Positions 1 through 8,491 of a DNA stretch of 24,000 bases are shown piece after piece. The stretch is taken from the NCBI GenBank assembly GCA_044432925.1, contig JAWXUE010000005.1, positions 23,984 to 47,983 on the forward strand, written 5' to 3'. The DNA comes from a bacterium (GTDB lineage: Bacteria; Bacillota_I; Bacilli_A; Acholeplasmatales; Anaeroplasmataceae). The notes below the pieces were generated by a model. The model had not been told where the DNA came from. It saw only the letters and a list, made by a program, of their open reading frames with translations, and made no database searches. Each line of letters starts with the position of its first letter. Within the stretch, counting starts at the first letter, position 1. Both the position numbers and the translations under genes were made by a program.

Positions 1-128
1 AAGTTAATTTAAAATTAATTGTTTCATTTGACAACGAGTTTACTCATTAATTTCCCATATATTTACTTGATTTGACATATTTTTATAAATTATAATATAA
101 ATGTAATTTATAAAAGGGGGAATTGTGT

Positions 129-830
129 ATGTTAAGAAGAGTTTATTATATTGAGGATAATGAAAGAATGGGGAAACTATTACAACGTTCTATTAGTAGA
201 ATAGGTGATGTTTGTCCTGTGGAAGTATCTGTTTTTACAAATTATCGTGATTTTATTACAGCAATGAGATTACATAAACCAAATATCATTTTAATTGATT
301 TAATGTTACCTAACGGGGAAAATGGGTATGAGATATTAAGAGAAATAAAATCAAGAGCAGAGTATAAGCATATACCAGTACTTATCGTTAGCGCTAAGAT
401 AACTGATTATGATAGATATGCTTGTTATGAAGCAGGAGCGCATGGTTATTTCACTAAACCTTTCTTTAGTTTAGATGAATTGAATGCTGCTATAAAGAAT
501 TTTATGCTAGTACCTAGAGATGGTTCTATTATTGTTTGTGGTTTTGTATCTTTAGATACTAATACACATACAGTAGTTGTTGATGGAGTAGAAGTTGATA
601 TAGTTAATAAAGAATTTGAGTTATTAGCTTATTTAGCGAAAAATCCAAATGTATTGTTATCTAAAGAGAAGATTTATGAAAATGTTTGGAAAGAGAAATT
701 TCCTGAAGGTAGTAGAACAATTGATCAGTATATTAAGGCGATACGTAAGAAGGCATTTGCTAATAGACCTGATGCTATAGAAACTCATAGAGGATTAGGG
801 TATAGATTTGTATACGATATTGAAGAGTAA
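129..830 (+). CDS. OmpR/PhoB-family response regulator (receiver domain plus winged-helix DNA-binding domain)
   Basis: Receiver motifs are present: IEDNE acidic pair, phospho-acceptor Asp in ILIDLMLP, VLIVSAK, YFTKPF. The C-terminal Trans_reg_C-like region has EFELLAYLAKNPNVLLSKEKIYENVW and GLGYRF. The ORF track starts at TTG 123, but ATG 129 sits about 8 nt after the GGGGG Shine-Dalgarno at 116-120 and is preferred. Confidence 0.85.
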   Translation: MLRRVYYIEDNERMGKLLQRSISRIGDVCPVEVSVFTNYRDFITAMRLHKPNIILIDLMLPNGENGYEILREIKSRAEYKHIPVLIVSAKITDYDRYACYEAGAHGYFTKPFFSLDELNAAIKNFMLVPRDGSIIVCGFVSLDTNTHTVVVDGVEVDIVNKEFELLAYLAKNPNVLLSKEKIYENVWKEKFPEGSRTIDQYIKAIRKKAFANRPDAIETHRGLGYRFVYDIEE

Positions 831-2340
831 AATATTCCATTTAATTGTATTATTTATTTTATTATTTACTTCATGCTATATTTTAAGCGAGGCTTCTTTA
901 AATAATAAAAAAGAAATGGTAATAAAAAGTTTTGAAGAAAAATTAGTTATAATAAAAAAACAAAATGTTAATAAAGATGAGTTATATGTTAATTATAAAA
1001 TTATTCAACTTATTTATGTTAACAAAGAACTTGTATCTTCACCTAATGCATATAAGATTCCGTATTATTTTGACTCATCTACATATAAAGAAGATGAAGT
1101 TAATTATAATTTAGGTTATTTTGTATTTGATCAATCGTTCTTAGGTGAACAAGAAACATTATATATTTATTATTTAGATAGTAATGAGTTAAGTAATCAT
1201 GATTTCCTTTACCCATGCTATTTATTGATGTTTTTGTTATACATAATTATTGGTGGTACTTACTGGTTTATAGATAATAAAAATCTTAAATTCAACTATA
1301 AATTAAATAAGTTATTAGCTAATAATGTAGTACGTGATCCTATTAATACTTATACAGAAATAGAAGATTATGTAATGTCTTGTAAATTATTTGAAAAATG
1401 TATTTCTTCTAGTTATGAAGGTTTAATAATATTTAAAGATAATAAAATTGTATTCTTTAATAAAGCAGCATCTAAATTTATTAATAAAGAAGAATTAGCA
1501 GATGAGTATTTAAGAAATATAAGTAAAACATTATCTGATGATTTAATTAAAGAAGAGTATCAAAAAGGTGAAGCAACTTATTTTATTGAAACAAAGAAAC
1601 TAGAAGTTAAATCATTTGTTTATTATGCAATGTATATTGTTGATGAAACAGCTAAAATTGAATTTAAGAATAATAAAGTTAATTTCTTTAATCAAGCAAG
1701 TCATGAATTAAGAACCCCTCTAACAAATTTATCAGCTTATGTAGATTTATTATGTAACTGTGAATTATCAGCTAAAGATAAAGAGGAAATGATGGTTGAA
1801 GGAATTGATGAATGTAGAAAATTAGATGTTTTAATTACATCGATATTAGATATATCAAAACGTTTAGAAAAAGATGATTTATATATCAAAGTTGATTTAG
1901 AACAATTGATATATGAAAATTTAGAGTCTTTTAAATATGGTAAAACAAAATATACTGTTACTATTGATGGTGCGAAACATTTAATTTGTAATAAAACAAA
2001 AGTAAGTAATTTAATTAATAATTTATTATCTAATGCTTTTATTCATAATGTTGAAGGTGGTTTTGTTAATATAGAACTAGTAGAACACGTTGGATTGTTT
2101 GATTTAGTAATAACAAATTCAGCTAAAGAAATAAAACCTTTTGAAGAAGATAAAGTATTTGAGCCATTCTTTAAATGTCAATCTAATACACTAAATAGTG
2201 GTTCTGGAATAGGTTTAACTATTAGTAAATATATTTGTGATACACATAATTATGAAATAGATTTTAAATATCAAGAGAATATTGTAACTGTTACAACAAG
2301 ACTATATTTAAAATCATTAAGTAGACATATGAAAAAGTAA
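808..2340 (+). CDS. Sensor histidine kinase (two TM segments, HisKA H-box, HATPase_c with an atypical G1 box)
   Basis: H-box SHELRTPLT (His codon 1702-1704), N-box LINNLLSNAFIHN, F-box FEPFF, G2 box GSGIGL. N-terminal TM IFHLIVLFILLFTSCYIL and second TM YLLMFLLYIIIGGTYWFI flank a loop of about 110 aa. The TTG start at 808 overlaps the regulator gene by 23 nt, so the start is uncertain. Confidence 0.8.
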   Translation: MYTILKSKIFHLIVLFILLFTSCYILSEASLNNKKEMVIKSFEEKLVIIKKQNVNKDELYVNYKIIQLIYVNKELVSSPNAYKIPYYFDSSTYKEDEVNYNLGYFVFDQSFLGEQETLYIYYLDSNELSNHDFLYPCYLLMFLLYIIIGGTYWFIDNKNLKFNYKLNKLLANNVVRDPINTYTEIEDYVMSCKLFEKCISSSYEGLIIFKDNKIVFFNKAASKFINKEELADEYLRNISKTLSDDLIKEEYQKGEATYFIETKKLEVKSFVYYAMYIVDETAKIEFKNNKVNFFNQASHELRTPLTNLSAYVDLLCNCELSAKDKEEMMVEGIDECRKLDVLITSILDISKRLEKDDLYIKVDLEQLIYENLESFKYGKTKYTVTIDGAKHLICNKTKVSNLINNLLSNAFIHNVEGGFVNIELVEHVGLFDLVITNSAKEIKPFEEDKVFEPFFKCQSNTLNSGSGIGLTISKYICDTHNYEIDFKYQENIVTVTTRLYLKSLSRHMKK

Positions 2341-2349
2341 AATAATTCA

Positions 2350-2378
2350 TTGTATTGATATCTATAGTGTGTTATAAT
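2350..2378 (+). promoter_or_regulatory. Sigma-A-type promoter for rpsF-ssb-rpsR
   Basis: TTGTAT (2350-2355), 17-nt spacer, extended -10 TGtTATAAT (2370-2378). Confidence 0.45.
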
Positions 2379-2384
2379 AATAAA

Positions 2385-2454
2385 GCATGTGTTCATGCAA
2401 TCCTTGCATTATCTTAGCATAATGCCAAATAGACCAGAAGGAGGTGCTCATATA
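2385..2454 (+). promoter_or_regulatory. Structured rpsF 5' leader (two hairpins), a possible S6:S18 autoregulatory leader
   Basis: Hairpin 1: GCATG (2385-2389) / CATGC (2394-2398). Hairpin 2: GCATTAT (2406-2412) / ATAATGC (2419-2425). The SD GGAGG follows. Assignment to the published rpsF leader family rests on position only and is not verified. Confidence 0.3.
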
Positions 2455-2742
2455 ATGAAAAAATACGAAGTTATGTTTATCGTTCGAGCTAACTTAGAAG
2501 AAAGCGTGATTAAAAGTACTGTTGCTGATATGCAAACTGCTTTTACTGCAAATGATTCTAAAGTTTTAGAATGTAAAGAAATCGGATTAAAAGATTTAGC
2601 TTATGAAATTGAAAAAGCTAAAAAAGGTTACTATGTATTATTAACTGTTGAAGCTACTGCTGATGCATTAGTAGAATTTAACCGCCGTGCAAACATTTCT
2701 GAAACTGTAGTACGTCATATTACAGTTCAATTAAACAACTAG
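2455..2742 (+). CDS. rpsF: 30S ribosomal protein S6
   Basis: MKKYEVMFIVRANLEE... is a typical S6 N-terminus. ATG 2455 follows GGAGG (2440-2445). The 22-codon upstream extension in the ORF track lacks an RBS. The gene sits in the rpsF-ssb-rpsR arrangement. Confidence 0.95.
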   Translation: MKKYEVMFIVRANLEESVIKSTVADMQTAFTANDSKVLECKEIGLKDLAYEIEKAKKGYYVLLTVEATADALVEFNRRANISETVVRHITVQLNN

Positions 2743-2754
2743 GAGGAATTATTA

Positions 2755-3186
2755 ATGGTTAATCGAGTAGTTTTAGTTGGAAGAATCACAAGAGAGCCAG
2801 AAATGACTCAAACAGGTTCAGGAGTTTCTTTAGTTCGTTTCACAATTGCAGTTAATAGAAATTTTAAAGATGCAAATGGTGAAAGACAAGCAGATTTTAT
2901 TAGTTGTATTGCTTGGAGAAATCAAGCAGAATTTATTAATAATTATGTTAAAAAAGGAAATCAAATAAGTGTTGAAGGAAGAATTCAAACTGGAAGCTAT
3001 ACAGATAGTGATAATCAAGTAAGATATACTACTGATGTATTAGTTGAGTCAGTTAGCAACCTTGAACCAAGACAAGATAATCAAAATGGTACAACATACC
3101 AAAACAATACAAGTCAGGTTACACCAAGTTCTTTTAGTGCCCCAACGGCTTCTGAAGACATTAGTGATGAAGATCTGCCATTCTAA
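2755..3186 (+). CDS. ssb: Single-stranded DNA-binding protein
   Basis: OB-fold N-terminus MVNRVVLVGRITREPE, a Q/N/S-rich linker and the acidic tail DEDLPF. Strong AGGAGG RBS. Confidence 0.95.
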   Translation: MVNRVVLVGRITREPEMTQTGSGVSLVRFTIAVNRNFKDANGERQADFISCIAWRNQAEFINNYVKKGNQISVEGRIQTGSYTDSDNQVRYTTDVLVESVSNLEPRQDNQNGTTYQNNTSQVTPSSFSAPTASEDISDEDLPF

Positions 3187-3201
3187 TAAGGAGGAACAAC
3201 G

Positions 3202-3435
3202 ATGCAACAAGGATATAAAAACAATCGTAGACGTAAAAAAGTTTGTTATTTTACAGCAAACAAAATCGAAAATATTGATTTCAAAGATGTTGAATTATTA
3301 AAAAAATTCATTTCTGAACGTGGGAAAATTTTATCTCGTCGTGTAACAGGAACATCAGCGAAATACCAACGTCAATTAGCTGTAGCAGTTAAACGTGCTA
3401 GACATATGGCGTTATTACCATTCGTTAAAGAATAA
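3202..3435 (+). CDS. rpsR: 30S ribosomal protein S18
   Basis: [10 protein letters not shown]...[38 protein letters not shown] is the canonical S18 sequence. RBS AGGAGG. Confidence 0.95.
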   Translation: MQQGYKNNRRRKKVCYFTANKIENIDFKDVELLKKFISERGKILSRRVTGTSAKYQRQLAVAVKRARHMALLPFVKE

Positions 3436-3444
3436 TTTAAATAA

Positions 3445-3480
3445 ATACTTTCTTATTTTAAATAAGGGAGTATTTTTTTA
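3445..3480 (+). terminator. Rho-independent terminator after rpsR
   Basis: ATACTTTCTTATTT / AAATAAGGGAGTAT inverted repeat (two G-U pairs) followed by a T7 run. Confidence 0.6.
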
Positions 3481-3509
3481 TTTCTTTATAGATAGATTTG
3501 TGGTATAAT
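3481..3509 (+). promoter_or_regulatory. Candidate extended -10 promoter for gdpP
   Basis: TGgTATAAT at 3501-3509. The -35 (TTTCTT) is weak. Confidence 0.35.
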
Positions 3510-3532
3510 AGATTAGAAATGAAGGTGAAAAT

Positions 3533-5980
3533 ATGAAGAGACTATTTATATTAATTGCTGTAGCAATAGCTACATTCCTAATAATGTATTTAGGTATAAT
3601 TTTAGATGTGTTTGATTTTCAATTTAATAAAATATCTAATGCTATAATTATAATAGCAACTGTTGCATTAATTTTTGCATCAGGAGTCTTTTCAATGTTA
3701 TTTTATTATAGAAAAAAAGATAAAAAAATCGATTGGTTATCAAATCGTTTAGAACAATGGAGTAATCTTAGTGTCCATGTTAATAAAGCGGGAGACGAAG
3801 TATTCTCTGAGTTACCAATAGGTATTATTATTTATGATGAACAAGAAGAAGTTAAATGGGTTAATAGATTTGCTAAAGTAATATTTAATGGTGATTTATT
3901 AGATAAAACATTATCAGAAGTTAATACTGACTTACAAGTATTATTAAAAAGTAATGATGATACATTTACTTTTAGTGTAGGTCAAAATTCTTATGATGTA
4001 ATTCATAAAAAAGATCATAGATTATTTTATTTATTTGATGTATCACAAAGAGAAAGTGTTACAAGAAAATATAATCAAAGAATTCCAGCTTTAGGAATTG
4101 TTAATTTAGATAACTTAGATAATGAAACAAAAGCATTTGATATGCAAGAAAGAATTAACCTTAGAGGACAATATCTAGGAGAGATTTCTGACTGGGCTAC
4201 TAAATATAATGGTTATTTAAAAAGTTATGATGACGGAAGTTTATTAATTATTTGTGAACATGCATCATTACAACAAATGATTGATGAAAAATTCGATATC
4301 CTAACAAAGATTAGAAATATATCACAATCACATGGAATAAGAGTTACATGTAGTATTGGGTTTGCTTGTCATGAAACAAACTTTGAAGAATTAGGTACAC
4401 TTGCTCAAACATCTTTTGACTTAGCAGAAAAAAGAGGGGGAGACCAAGTAGTAGTTAATATTCAACATAAGAAAATTCAATATTTTGGTGCATCGCTAAA
4501 TGCTGTAGAGAAAAATACTTATTTACATGCTAGGGCGAAAACATTAGAATTAAAAGATTTAGTTGAATCAAGTAGAAATATTTATATTATGGGACATAAT
4601 AATACTGATGCTGATTCATTAGGTGCTATGATTGGTATGTTAAGAATATGTTTAACTAGTACTAAAAAAGCAAGTATAGTTTTAGACCCTAAAAAAATCG
4701 ATTCTACTTCAATGAAAATATATGAAGAAATTTTATTAAGTAATGATAGTGTTAAAAATAATATTATATCTTTTGAACAAGCTGATGTTGATGAAAATTC
4801 ATTATTAATTATTGTTGATACTCAATCTAAGCGATTAGTAATGAATCCTGATTTCTTAGATAAATTTAAAAAGTATGCTGTAGTAGATCACCATAGAGCT
4901 GATGATCAAACATTTGAATCACCAACGTTTGCTTATATTGAACCTTATGCTTCAAGTACAGTAGAGTTAGTAAGTGAGATGTTAATGTTTTATAATCCAA
5001 AAGCAACAGTACCTCTATCACCACTTGATGCTACAATAATGTTAACAGGTATTGTAGTAGATACAAACAACTTTACATTTAGATGTGGTTCAAGAGCATT
5101 TGAGGCTGCTTCTCGTTTAAGAGAACGTGGTGCTGATATGATAATGGTTAGAAAGATTTTAAGAAATGATTATGATATTCAAATGAAACTTAACAAGTAT
5201 ATTACAATGGCAAAAGTATTATTAGATCAATTTGCTGTAGTTGTAGTAGAAGATGAGATATTAGAAGATAGAACTCTTTTAGCACAAATTAGTGAAAACT
5301 TATTAAATATAGATGGTGTAGATGCTGCATTTACTATTTCTAAAACTAATGATGATACAATTTCAATTAGTGCTAGAAGTTATGAACATGTAAACGTTCA
5401 AATTATAATGGAAGAATTAGGTGGTGGTGGTCACTTAAATAGTGCTGCTACTCAAATTAAAAATTCAACTTTAAAAGAAGTTAAACAAAGTTTAGCTATC
5501 ATATTAAAAAGAGATTATGAGATTGGAGATCAAACAATGAAAGTAATTTTATTAGAAGATATTAAAGGTCGTGGATTAAGAAATGATATTATTGATGTAG
5601 CAACAGGTTATGGTAACTATTTATTAACAAATAAAAAAGGTATCCTAGCAACTGATGAGACATTAAAAGTATTACAATCTGCATTAGATTTAGAAAAAAA
5701 TCGTTTAGAAGATGAATTAAAAATGATGAATAAAATTAAATCTGAATTAGAAACAAAAGTTGTAAACGTATATATTAAATTCGGTGCTGATGGTAGAGCA
5801 TTCGGTAGTGTAACAACAAAACAAATCTGTGAGGAATTAGAATCACAATATGGAATTCAAGTTGATAAAAGAAAAGTAGTATTACCATTAGAAATCAATT
5901 CTATTGGGATTTTCTCAGCAACAATTAATTTACATAAGGATGTAACTGCACAGTTAGAAATAAACGTATTAGAAAAGTAG
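3533..5980 (+). CDS. gdpP: GdpP-type c-di-AMP phosphodiesterase (2 TM, PAS-like, degenerate GGDEF, DHH/DHHA1) continuing in frame into ribosomal protein L9
   Basis: Two N-terminal TM helices. The degenerate GGDEF region contains RGGDQVVV. DHH motifs NNTDADSLG, IIVDTQ and VVDHHR are present, and DHHA1 has GGGGH. There is no stop codon before the L9 Met at 5537 (...KRDYEIGDQT-MKVILLEDIKG...). The GdpP part is 3533-5536 (668 aa). Confidence 0.85.
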   Translation: MKRLFILIAVAIATFLIMYLGIILDVFDFQFNKISNAIIIIATVALIFASGVFSMLFYYRKKDKKIDWLSNRLEQWSNLSVHVNKAGDEVFSELPIGIIIYDEQEEVKWVNRFAKVIFNGDLLDKTLSEVNTDLQVLLKSNDDTFTFSVGQNSYDVIHKKDHRLFYLFDVSQRESVTRKYNQRIPALGIVNLDNLDNETKAFDMQERINLRGQYLGEISDWATKYNGYLKSYDDGSLLIICEHASLQQMIDEKFDILTKIRNISQSHGIRVTCSIGFACHETNFEELGTLAQTSFDLAEKRGGDQVVVNIQHKKIQYFGASLNAVEKNTYLHARAKTLELKDLVESSRNIYIMGHNNTDADSLGAMIGMLRICLTSTKKASIVLDPKKIDSTSMKIYEEILLSNDSVKNNIISFEQADVDENSLLIIVDTQSKRLVMNPDFLDKFKKYAVVDHHRADDQTFESPTFAYIEPYASSTVELVSEMLMFYNPKATVPLSPLDATIMLTGIVVDTNNFTFRCGSRAFEAASRLRERGADMIMVRKILRNDYDIQMKLNKYITMAKVLLDQFAVVVVEDEILEDRTLLAQISENLLNIDGVDAAFTISKTNDDTISISARSYEHVNVQIIMEELGGGGHLNSAATQIKNSTLKEVKQSLAIILKRDYEIGDQTMKVILLEDIKGRGLRNDIIDVATGYGNYLLTNKKGILATDETLKVLQSALDLEKNRLEDELKMMNKIKSELETKVVNVYIKFGADGRAFGSVTTKQICEELESQYGIQVDKRKVVLPLEINSIGIFSATINLHKDVTAQLEINVLEK
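5537..5980 (+). CDS. rplI: 50S ribosomal protein L9 (internal start inside the gdpP reading frame)
   Basis: MKVILLEDIKGRGLRNDIIDVATGYGNYLL... is the canonical L9 N-domain and the product is 147 aa. SD GGAGA (5525-5529) lies 7 nt upstream of ATG 5537. The gdpP-rplI-dnaB order is conserved. Confidence 0.85.
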   Translation: MKVILLEDIKGRGLRNDIIDVATGYGNYLLTNKKGILATDETLKVLQSALDLEKNRLEDELKMMNKIKSELETKVVNVYIKFGADGRAFGSVTTKQICEELESQYGIQVDKRKVVLPLEINSIGIFSATINLHKDVTAQLEINVLEK

Positions 5981-5989
5981 GGTGAGACT

Positions 5990-7342
5990 ATGGCAAAAAA
6001 TGTACCTTTTAATTTAGAAGCAGAACAATCTGTTTTAGGTAGTGTTTTAATTGATAATAACATTTTAAGAACTATTGCTGATGAGTTATCAGTAATAGAT
6101 TTCTATGATTTAAAAAATCAATTATTATTTCAATCAATGAAAAATTTAGATAACAGTGGATTGAAAATTGACTTTACAACACTAAATTCAGATTTGCAAT
6201 CTAGAAATAAACTTGAGGAAGCTGGGGGATATGCTTATTTAAATAATATTTTAAATAGTGTATTTACAACAGCAAACATCGAAGATTACATTGCTATTAT
6301 TAAAGATGCTTCTTTAAAAAGAAACGTTATTGCTGCAGCAAACTCAATTGTTGAGGCAGGTTATGATAGTAATTATACTTCAACAGATTATATCGATTAT
6401 GCTGAAAGATTAATATTTGATTTAGCTAAAAGAAGAAAAGCAGATGCTTTTACACCGATAGCTCAAGTTATAGATAATGTTAATGAAATTACTTTAGCAA
6501 ATAGAAATAGAACAGAAACAATGACTGGTATTTCAACAGGTTATGAAAACCTTGATGGATTAACATTAGGTTTACAAGATAATAACTTAATTATATTAGC
6601 AGCCAGACCAGCAATGGGTAAATCTGCTTTTGCGATGAATGTTGCAATTAATGCAGCAAGATTTAATGATAGAAAATTTAACACACCACTTCCTGTAGCA
6701 ATATTCTCGCTAGAGATGAGTCAAGAACAATTAGTTCAAAGAATTATTGCTGCTGAAGGTCAAGTACATATTTCAAATATATTAAGTGGTAAAATGTCAG
6801 CGTTAGAATTAAAATTCTTTGAAACAGCAAATGAAAAATTAAAAAGATTAAATGTTCATTTTAGTGACCAACCTGGTATAACAGTTGCTGATATAAGAGC
6901 TAGATGTAGAAAGTTAAAACAAGAAGAAGGATTAGGATTAGTAATAATCGATTACCTTCAATTAATTAGTGGTTCAGGAAAAGTAAGTAGACAAGAAGAA
7001 GTATCTGATATTTCTAGAAGTTTAAAATTAATGGCTAGGGAATTAGAAGTACCTGTAATTGCATTATCTCAGTTATCACGTAAGGTTGAAGAAAGACCTG
7101 ATAAACGTCCGATGATGTCAGATTTAAGGGAATCAGGAAGTATCGAGCAAGATGCCGATTTAATATTCTTCTTATATAGAGCTGCTGTTTATAACTTACC
7201 AAATTCAGAACCTGGAGTTACTGAACTTATAGTAGGAAAAAATAGAGCAGGTCGAAGTGGACACTCATTAAGATATTTATTCAAAGGTGAAAATGTATTA
7301 TTTAGTGAGTTACCTGATGAAGAAGGAGATAACAATGATTAG
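5990..7342 (+). CDS. dnaB: Replicative DNA helicase (DnaB family; called DnaC in Bacillus nomenclature)
   Basis: N-terminus PFNLEAEQSVLGSVL, Walker A ARPAMGKSAF, and the motifs IDYLQL, SQLSR, DLRESGSIEQDAD. 450 aa, with no intein-sized insertion. Confidence 0.95.
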   Translation: MAKNVPFNLEAEQSVLGSVLIDNNILRTIADELSVIDFYDLKNQLLFQSMKNLDNSGLKIDFTTLNSDLQSRNKLEEAGGYAYLNNILNSVFTTANIEDYIAIIKDASLKRNVIAAANSIVEAGYDSNYTSTDYIDYAERLIFDLAKRRKADAFTPIAQVIDNVNEITLANRNRTETMTGISTGYENLDGLTLGLQDNNLIILAARPAMGKSAFAMNVAINAARFNDRKFNTPLPVAIFSLEMSQEQLVQRIIAAEGQVHISNILSGKMSALELKFFETANEKLKRLNVHFSDQPGITVADIRARCRKLKQEEGLGLVIIDYLQLISGSGKVSRQEEVSDISRSLKLMARELEVPVIALSQLSRKVEERPDKRPMMSDLRESGSIEQDADLIFFLYRAAVYNLPNSEPGVTELIVGKNRAGRSGHSLRYLFKGENVLFSELPDEEGDNND

Positions 7343-8405
7343 TAGATTAGAAAAATATGTTGTTAGGTATGATGAGATTACTGAGTTAATTAGTGATCCT
7401 AGTATTGTTAATGATATTTCAAAAATGACTTCTTTAATGAAAGAACAAAGAGGTTTAGAAAAAGTTGTTGTGGCGTATAACAAATATAAAACAGCAATAG
7501 ATTCTATAGATGATTTAAAAGAAATGAAAAAAGATTCAGATCCTGAAATATCTGAAATGGCTACAATTGAATTAGATGAAACTAATGCTTTAATTAATCA
7601 ATTAGAAGAAGAAATTAAAATATTATTAATCCCTAAAGATCCTAATGATGATAAAAATGTTATTGTTGAGATTAAAGGTGCTGCTGGAGGGGATGAAGCT
7701 AATATCTTCGCTGGAGACTTATTTAGAATGTATTCTAGATATTCTGATGCTAAAGGTTGGAAAGTACAAATTATGGATTCTATGGAAAGTGAACATGGTG
7801 GTTTTACTTCTATTCAATTTATGGTTAAAGGTGAAAGTGCATATTCATTCTTAAAATTCGAAAGTGGTGCTCATAGAGTTCAACGTGTACCTCAAACAGA
7901 GTCAATGGGAAGAGTTCATACATCAACTGCTACGGTATTAGTAATGCCTGAGGCTCCTGAAATTGATTTTGATTTCAATATGAATGACTTAAGATTTGAT
8001 ACATTCTGTTCAAGTGGACCTGGTGGTCAAAGTGTTAATACAACTAAATCAGCTGTACGTGTTACGCATGACCCTACTGGTATGAGTGTTGCTTGTCAAA
8101 CTAATAAATCACAACATGAAAATAAAGCAGCTGCAATAGCGTTATTAAAAGCTAGAATGTATGATCAAATCGTTCAAGCTAGAAATGCTGAAGAAGGTGC
8201 AGCTCGTCAAGCTTTAATTGGTAATGGTGATAGAAGTGAAAAAATAAGAACTTACAATTATCCTCAAAATCGTATTACAGATCATAGAATTGGATTTACA
8301 ATCCAAAGATTAGATGCGGTTATCGAAGGTAAAGTAGATTTAGTTATTGATGAATTAATAGCTGAAGATCAAAAAAGAAAATTAGCAGGTGAATCAGAAG
8401 AATAG
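7335..8405 (+). CDS. prfA: Peptide chain release factor 1
   Basis: GGQ motif SGPGGQSVNTT. RF1-type PxT tripeptide region QRVPQTESMGRVHTS. ATG 7335 is preceded by AGGAGA (7324-7329) and overlaps the dnaB stop by 8 nt. The ORF-track start at 7287 lies inside dnaB and lacks an RBS. Confidence 0.9.
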   Translation: MISRLEKYVVRYDEITELISDPSIVNDISKMTSLMKEQRGLEKVVVAYNKYKTAIDSIDDLKEMKKDSDPEISEMATIELDETNALINQLEEEIKILLIPKDPNDDKNVIVEIKGAAGGDEANIFAGDLFRMYSRYSDAKGWKVQIMDSMESEHGGFTSIQFMVKGESAYSFLKFESGAHRVQRVPQTESMGRVHTSTATVLVMPEAPEIDFDFNMNDLRFDTFCSSGPGGQSVNTTKSAVRVTHDPTGMSVACQTNKSQHENKAAAIALLKARMYDQIVQARNAEEGAARQALIGNGDRSEKIRTYNYPQNRITDHRIGFTIQRLDAVIEGKVDLVIDELIAEDQKRKLAGESEE

Positions 8406-8430
8406 TCTTTCATAGACTATTTTTCTTTTA
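8402..8430 (+). terminator. Weak rho-independent terminator after prfA
   Basis: ATAGTCT (8402-8408) / AGACTAT (8414-8420) 7-bp stem followed by TTTTTCTTTT. Confidence 0.45.
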
Positions 8431-8491
8431 TTTACCTTTACATATGAATTAAAAGAGTATATCATTTACTTAAAGTAAGGTGGTGTTTTAT

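Noticed and set aside
2389-2454. 22-codon N-terminal extension of S6 in the ORF track
   Set aside because: It has no RBS. It overlaps the structured leader and the GGAGG that serves ATG 2455. The canonical S6 N-terminus begins at MKKYEV.
3044-3301. 85-aa + strand ORF spanning the ssb/rpsR junction
   Set aside because: It is out of frame within two highly conserved genes, has low-complexity composition and has no RBS.
7287-8405. Possibility that this is prfB with a programmed +1 frameshift, or that the long 5' extension (MKMYYLVSYLMKKEIT) is real
   Set aside because: The protein has the RF1-type PxT region (PQT) rather than the SPF of RF2, and the frame is continuous with no internal stop. 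The extension lies inside dnaB with no RBS, whereas ATG 7335 has AGGAGA upstream.
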